31,416 nucleotides of DNA from Candidatus Bathyarchaeum sp. Its GTDB lineage: Archaea > Thermoproteota > Bathyarchaeia > Bathyarchaeales > Bathyarchaeaceae. This document shows, piece after piece, positions 26,796 through 31,416 of the stretch (position 1 is its first letter; every line of letters begins with the position of its first letter). Below the pieces are notes generated by a model, which ran no database searches, was not told the DNA's origin, and worked only from the letters and a program-made list of their open reading frames with translations. The translations under genes and the position numbers were made by a program. The DNA lies in NCBI GenBank assembly GCA_026014495.1, contig JAOZIF010000114.1, positions 1-31,416 of the forward strand. The letters run 5' to 3'.

Positions 26796-27957
26796 TAAAA
26801 TACCTCATAATCGTTTCTAGATCCTTGTCGCCTCTTCCAGAATAGTTCAAAACAACAACTTCGTTTTTGTCAAACTCGTCTTTATTATTCACCATATATG
26901 CGATGGCATGGGCTGTTTCAAGGGCAGGTATTAGCCCCTCAGTTCGAGCCATCACCTTCACTGCCTCAAACACCTCGTTGTCGAAAGCGGAACCAGACTT
27001 CGCCCTTCTGCTGTCAACTAGCCCTGAGATTTCTGGTCCTCTTCCAGGATAATTAAGTCCAGCTGCTCGTGTTCTTGACGGCTTTATCTGCCCGTTTTCG
27101 TCTTGCAGAACTTGCATTACTGCACCATGTAGGACGCCTGGTTTGCCTATCTTGAATGCTGCAGCACTGTTGTCGGCTTCTAGGCTTTCGCCTCCACCTT
27201 CAACAAAAATGAGCCTAACGTCTTTTTCTTTGATGAATGGTCTGAATGCTCCTAGTGCGTTGCTTCCTCCGCTGCCGCAAGCAACTATGGTGTCTGGCAA
27301 TTTGTCCTCTTTTTTCACTATTTGTTTTTTGATTTCTTTTCCAATCACACTTTGGAATGTTGCGACAATCTCTGGGTATGGGTGTGGACCTACAGTTGAG
27401 CCCATCAGATAGTGGGTTGTCTGTGAGCAGGTAGTCCATTTTCGTAATGTGTCTGAGACTGCGTCTTTTAGAACTCCCATTCCAATATCAACTGGGGTTA
27501 CTTTTGCTCCTAGTAGTTTGATTCGTTTTACGTTGCTTGCCTGCCGTTTAATGTCTTTTACACCCATGAAGACTTCGGTTTCTAGTCCGCAGACGTTGCC
27601 TGCCATGGCTGTTGCGAGTCCATGCTGTCCTGCAGCGGTTTCTGTTATCATCCTTTTTTTGCCCATCTCTTTTGTCAGTAGCGCCTGTCCTAGGGCGTTG
27701 TTGAGTTTGTGTGAGCCTCCACACACTAGGTCTTCTCTTTTTAGGTAAACTTTGCAGCCGATGAGCTTGCTGAAGTTTTTTGCGTGATAGAGTGGGGTTG
27801 GTCTTCCAGCATAATCTCGTAGTAATGTATTGAGTTTGTCTTGGAATTCTGGGGTCTTGTAATGCTTCTCAAAAGCTGCTTCCAGCTCAATTAGAATCGG
27901 CATTAGTACCTCGTTGACGTACTGTCCACCATACTTTCCGAATTTTCCGTTTTTCAC
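26785..27957 (-). CDS. trpB: Tryptophan synthase beta chain (TrpB1 type)
   Basis: GRPTPL, LKREDL, HKLNN PLP lysine, AGQHG, GPHPYP and SGRGDKD. Confidence 0.96.
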   Translation of the reverse strand: MKNGKFGKYGGQYVNEVLMPILIELEAAFEKHYKTPEFQDKLNTLLRDYAGRPTPLYHAKNFSKLIGCKVYLKREDLVCGGSHKLNNALGQALLTKEMGKKRMITETAAGQHGLATAMAGNVCGLETEVFMGVKDIKRQASNVKRIKLLGAKVTPVDIGMGVLKDAVSDTLRKWTTCSQTTHYLMGSTVGPHPYPEIVATFQSVIGKEIKKQIVKKEDKLPDTIVACGSGGSNALGAFRPFIKEKDVRLIFVEGGGESLEADNSAAAFKIGKPGVLHGAVMQVLQDENGQIKPSRTRAAGLNYPGRGPEISGLVDSRRAKSGSAFDNEVFEAVKVMARTEGLIPALETAHAIAYMVNNKDEFDKNEVVVLNYSGRGDKDLETIMRYFNES

Positions 27958-28628
27958 TTTATGTTCACCTTGTTGTTTAGTTTGATTTGTTTTGCATTTT
28001 CAATAAACGCCCTGACCTTCTTGTGGTCTTTAATTGCTGGGCTTGCTTCCACGCCGCTGGCAACGTCAACCGCATAGGGATGCACCGCTAGGATGGCGTC
28101 TTTGACGTTTTCTGGTTTTAGTCCTCCAGCTAAAATCACTGGAACAGGCGTAACAGCTTCTTTGATTTGTCTGCTTAACATCCAATCGTGAACTTTACCT
28201 GTTCCACCATACTGCCCCTTGATAAACGAGTCAAGCAGCACTGCGTCAAAAGTTTTTAGTTCCTCTATAGCCTTTTCGTTAAGAGCGTCTTTTGTTACGT
28301 AGACCGTTTTGATGAGTCTAGTTTCTTTTATTTTTTTGTGGATTTTTGAAGAATCAAGCATCTCTTTTCCATGAATCTGAATTGCTGACGGCTTTAAGCG
28401 TTCACAGACTTTGACTAACCATTCAATACTCGTGGGAGGCGTTACCACTACGCTGTCAACAAAAACTGGAACTTGCTTTAACAGAGTTTTTGCTTTTTCT
28501 AGCGTCAAATTTCGTGGAGACGAAGGAACGCCCACAAGAAAACCAACTGCATCAGCTCCTGCAGCCACGGCTACAGCCAAATCTTCTTCTCTTGTTAAGC
28601 CACAAATTTTCACTCTTGGATTTCTCAA
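27954..28628 (-). CDS. trpF: Phosphoribosylanthranilate isomerase
   Basis: VKICGLT, SPRN, QIHG, GGTG, LAGGL and DVASGVE. Confidence 0.96.
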   Translation of the reverse strand: MRNPRVKICGLTREEDLAVAVAAGADAVGFLVGVPSSPRNLTLEKAKTLLKQVPVFVDSVVVTPPTSIEWLVKVCERLKPSAIQIHGKEMLDSSKIHKKIKETRLIKTVYVTKDALNEKAIEELKTFDAVLLDSFIKGQYGGTGKVHDWMLSRQIKEAVTPVPVILAGGLKPENVKDAILAVHPYAVDVASGVEASPAIKDHKKVRAFIENAKQIKLNNKVNIK

Positions 28629-29404
28629 TGGGCAGTAACAAACTCCTTGACTTTTTGTTCGATGTTGTCAGACATCATGATTGCTGAGCCAATTAAAAAA
28701 GCTTGGGCGCCACAGTTTCGCAGAAAAACTAGATCTGTGACGGTCATTATTCCGCTTTCGCTAACAACAACCTTGCCCCTCTTTTCATGTTTCTTTAGTA
28801 TTGCCTTTGTTGTTTCAAGGTCGATCTTAAGTGTTCGCAGGTCACGGTTGTTGATTCCAACCAAATCAGCGTTTGTTTCTATGGCACGTAAGAACTCATC
28901 TTCATTATGGGTTTCTAGTAGCACTTCAAGACTTCTGGAGTGCGCCTGTGTTATCATTTCATCGACGCTGAATTCGCAGTATCCCCGCTCAAAGACTGCT
29001 TCTATAAGAAGAACAATGTTAGCGCCTATTCTTGTTGCAGCTTCAAGCTGTATAGGGTCGACAATTATGTCCTTCATGAGTATTGGAAGCTTAACAGCTT
29101 CTCTGACTTTTGCTAGGTAACTAAGAGCCCCGTTAAAATGCTTGGGCTCTGTCAGAACCGATATTCCTATTGACCCGCCCTTTTCCATCGCACTTGCGAT
29201 TTCTGCGGGGTCAACGTTAGTTTTGATTGTTCCTCTGGAAGGTGACGCGGCTTTAACCTCTGTGATTATCGCATTTGTTTTGCTTTCTTTAATTGCCTCT
29301 TTGAGACTAACCAAAACTGAGTTGTGCTGAGTTGAAACGTTGTAGTAACCTTCAGCGACTGTTTGCTTGGCATCCTGTGCCAGAGTATCAAGATAATCAG
29401 GCAT
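28625..29404 (-). CDS. trpC: Indole-3-glycerol-phosphate synthase
   Basis: ITEVKAASPSRG, ISVLTE, LMKD, GINNRDL and SESGI; the real start is MPDYL at 29404 because the tracked extension overlaps trpD. Confidence 0.95.
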   Translation of the reverse strand: MPDYLDTLAQDAKQTVAEGYYNVSTQHNSVLVSLKEAIKESKTNAIITEVKAASPSRGTIKTNVDPAEIASAMEKGGSIGISVLTEPKHFNGALSYLAKVREAVKLPILMKDIIVDPIQLEAATRIGANIVLLIEAVFERGYCEFSVDEMITQAHSRSLEVLLETHNEDEFLRAIETNADLVGINNRDLRTLKIDLETTKAILKKHEKRGKVVVSESGIMTVTDLVFLRNCGAQAFLIGSAIMMSDNIEQKVKEFVTAH

Positions 29405-30458
29405 ACTTTTTTTCCAACTGTTCAATATTAGAAGTGTCTCCGCCAGAAAATTTGACCAGTTCCTTGAGCTTCTTGTAGGCGCCGCCGCTTTCAATCGATT
29501 CTTTTGCAGCTTCTATTGCATAACCGAAATCTTCAGCCCTACCAGCAACAATAATTGCGGCTGCACCGTTAACTTGCACAATTTCTCTTCTAGGGTCATC
29601 GGCATTAATGCAGCCATATAGGAGTTTGAATACAAGTTCAGCGCTTTCTTCTAGCGCAGTTCCTTTGATGTCTTCTAGTTTGGCTTGTTTTATGCCGAAA
29701 TCTTTTGGCATCATTTCTTTTGTTGAAACTTTGTCGCCTTTTAACCATGAGATGCGCGTTTTCCCAACAGTAGAGATTTCATCTAATCCATCTAAACCGT
29801 GGACAACCATCGCTTCCTCACAACCAAGATTCTTCAGGGAATAAGCTAGTGGCTCTGTTAGTTTGGGGTCATAAACTCCTAGTAACTGGGCATTAGCATC
29901 GGCAGGATTTGTCAGGGGACCAAGAACATTGAAAACCGTTCTAATTCCAAGCTCTCTTCTTGGACCAATAGCGTATTTCATGGCTGGATGGAAGGCTGGA
30001 GCAAACATGAATCCAATGCCAACATTTTCGATGGCTTTTTCAACTTTTTCGGGTTCAAGAGTAAGGTTAAGTCCAAGTGCTTCTAAAACGTCGGCGCTGC
30101 CACATTTGCTTGTAACCGACCTGTTTCCGTGCTTAGCTACAGCAATACCTGTTCCCGCAACAACAAAGGCTGCTGTGGTGCTGATGTTAAATGTTTTAAT
30201 TTTATCTCCGCCTGTTCCACAGGTGTCGACCAGTCGCCCTTTCACGTTTGGATGAATTTGGTTGCAAACCTTCTTCATTACCGTGGTGAAGGCTGTTATT
30301 TCTTCAGATGTTTCGCCCTTTAGTCTTAGGGCGGTCAAGAATCCACCTATCTGAGCATTTGTTGCCTTGCCAGACATAACCTCGTTCATGGCTACCGTAG
30401 ACTCTTCGTGGCTCAAATCGGCGCCATCAATCAACTTTTGTATGTTATCCCTGATCAT
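29397..30458 (-). CDS. trpD: Anthranilate phosphoribosyltransferase
   Basis: DTCGTGGD, KHGNRSVTSKCGSAD, RTVFNVLGPL and GLDE. Confidence 0.97.
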   Translation of the reverse strand: MIRDNIQKLIDGADLSHEESTVAMNEVMSGKATNAQIGGFLTALRLKGETSEEITAFTTVMKKVCNQIHPNVKGRLVDTCGTGGDKIKTFNISTTAAFVVAGTGIAVAKHGNRSVTSKCGSADVLEALGLNLTLEPEKVEKAIENVGIGFMFAPAFHPAMKYAIGPRRELGIRTVFNVLGPLTNPADANAQLLGVYDPKLTEPLAYSLKNLGCEEAMVVHGLDGLDEISTVGKTRISWLKGDKVSTKEMMPKDFGIKQAKLEDIKGTALEESAELVFKLLYGCINADDPRREIVQVNGAAAIIVAGRAEDFGYAIEAAKESIESGGAYKKLKELVKFSGGDTSNIEQLEKKYA

Positions 30459-31045
30459 TTTTCATTTCTTCCTTCAAGAAAGTTTTTGACCATCTTTTTT
30501 CCATCCTCACACAATATTGACTCGGGATGAAATTGCACTCCAGTGATTGGATATTTTCTGTGTCGAACTGCCATAATTTCGTTATCATCTGTGGATTTGG
30601 CGCTTACTTCTATACATGAGGGGATGGATGTTTTTTCTCCAACAAGAGAATGATAACGGGTTGCCGTGAACGGGTTTTTGACGCCTTCAAACAAGCCTTT
30701 GCCATCATGCTTTATTTGACTCGTTTTTCCATGCATCAGCCGATTTGCTCTTACAACTTTTCCACCAAAAACAGAAATTATTCCCTGATTTCCCAAACAC
30801 ACTCCTAGTGTAGGAATTTTTTGACCCATCTCTTGAAGGACCGCTGCGCACACTCCAAAATAGTGTGGATCTTCAGGTGTTCCAGGTCCGGGAGAAATTA
30901 CTATCCGCTCTGGGTCTAATTCCATGGCTTGTTTTAGTGTCAATTGGTCATTTCTATATACTATTGGTTCTCCTCCGAGCTCTCCAACATATTGGACCAA
31001 ATTGTAAACAAAGGAGTCGTAATTGTCTATAACCAAAACTTTCAC
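30455..31045 (-). CDS. trpG: Anthranilate synthase component II (glutamine amidotransferase)
   Basis: IDNYDSF, SPGPG, GVCLG, RYHSL and QFHPES. Confidence 0.97.
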   Translation of the reverse strand: MKVLVIDNYDSFVYNLVQYVGELGGEPIVYRNDQLTLKQAMELDPERIVISPGPGTPEDPHYFGVCAAVLQEMGQKIPTLGVCLGNQGIISVFGGKVVRANRLMHGKTSQIKHDGKGLFEGVKNPFTATRYHSLVGEKTSIPSCIEVSAKSTDDNEIMAVRHRKYPITGVQFHPESILCEDGKKMVKNFLEGRNEK

Positions 31046-31416
31046 TTGTTTTCACTTCCTGAAACTTCTAATGCCTTAATTAGTGCACGCGCTTTGTGCT
31101 CTGTTTCGTACCATTCTTTTTCTGGGTCCGAATCTGCTACTATGCCTGCCCCAACTTGAATGTGCGCGTTTTCTCCGTTGGCGACAAGTGTTCTGATTGT
31201 TATGGCAAAATCTGCATTGCCATTGTACGAAAAGTAGCCTACTGCACCCGCGTATGGTCCCCTTCTTGTTGGCTCAAGCTCTTCAATTATCTCCATTGCG
31301 CGAACTTTGGGAGCGCCTGAGACTGTACCTGCTGGAAAAACAGCCCTTATTGAGTCATATGCGTCGTATTCGTCTTTTAAGTGAATTGCCCTCCAATAAA
31401 CTGAGATCTCTGTTGC
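31042..31416 (-). CDS. trpE: Anthranilate synthase component I, C-terminal part only
   Basis: [46 protein letters not shown] and EWYET; the frame is open to the window edge. Confidence 0.93.
   Translation of the reverse strand, partial: ATEISVYWRAIHLKDEYDAYDSIRAVFPAGTVSGAPKVRAMEIIEELEPTRRGPYAGAVGYFSYNGNADFAITIRTLVANGENAHIQVGAGIVADSDPEKEWYETEHKARALIKALEVSGSENK

Noticed and set aside
2398-31320. Remaining short antisense or overlapping ORFs in the track (e.g. 11594..12034, 19292..19681, 22455..23027, 28647..29120)
   Set aside because: They lie wholly within confidently assigned genes on the other strand or frame and show no motifs.

Overview
Core archaeal chromosome segment with no mobile element or CRISPR. 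PolD together with Elf1 points to a PolD-bearing TACK-type lineage; Bathyarchaeia is my best guess (inference). Left arm: pus10 (partial, missed by the ORF track), srp54, PAC2 chaperone plus Hsp20, dys plus aIF5A, nob1, intron-containing tRNA-Ser(CGA), nadA-nadC-nadB and an AbrB/PhoU regulator. Centre: PolD DP1, cdc6/orc1 (apparently CTG-initiated) and a replication origin with three ORB elements. Directly right of the origin is an unexplained ~5.6 kb block: a small winged-helix gene, a NurA-like nuclease plus HerA/FtsK ATPase with no mre11/rad50 in the window, a membrane-anchored coiled-coil winged-helix protein and an orphan helical protein. Two related repeat families are interleaved with these genes: GTGAA sites at the origin and tandem 7-bp NRTCACR units further right. 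Right arm: elf1-GGGPS-PolD DP2, a small wHTH, mazG and trpE-G-D-C-F-B-A. The best candidate for an undescribed system is this origin-linked repeat array plus membrane-tethered wHTH plus HerA/NurA block. Its role (origin tethering or segregation versus ordinary transcription control) is a hypothesis, not demonstrated.
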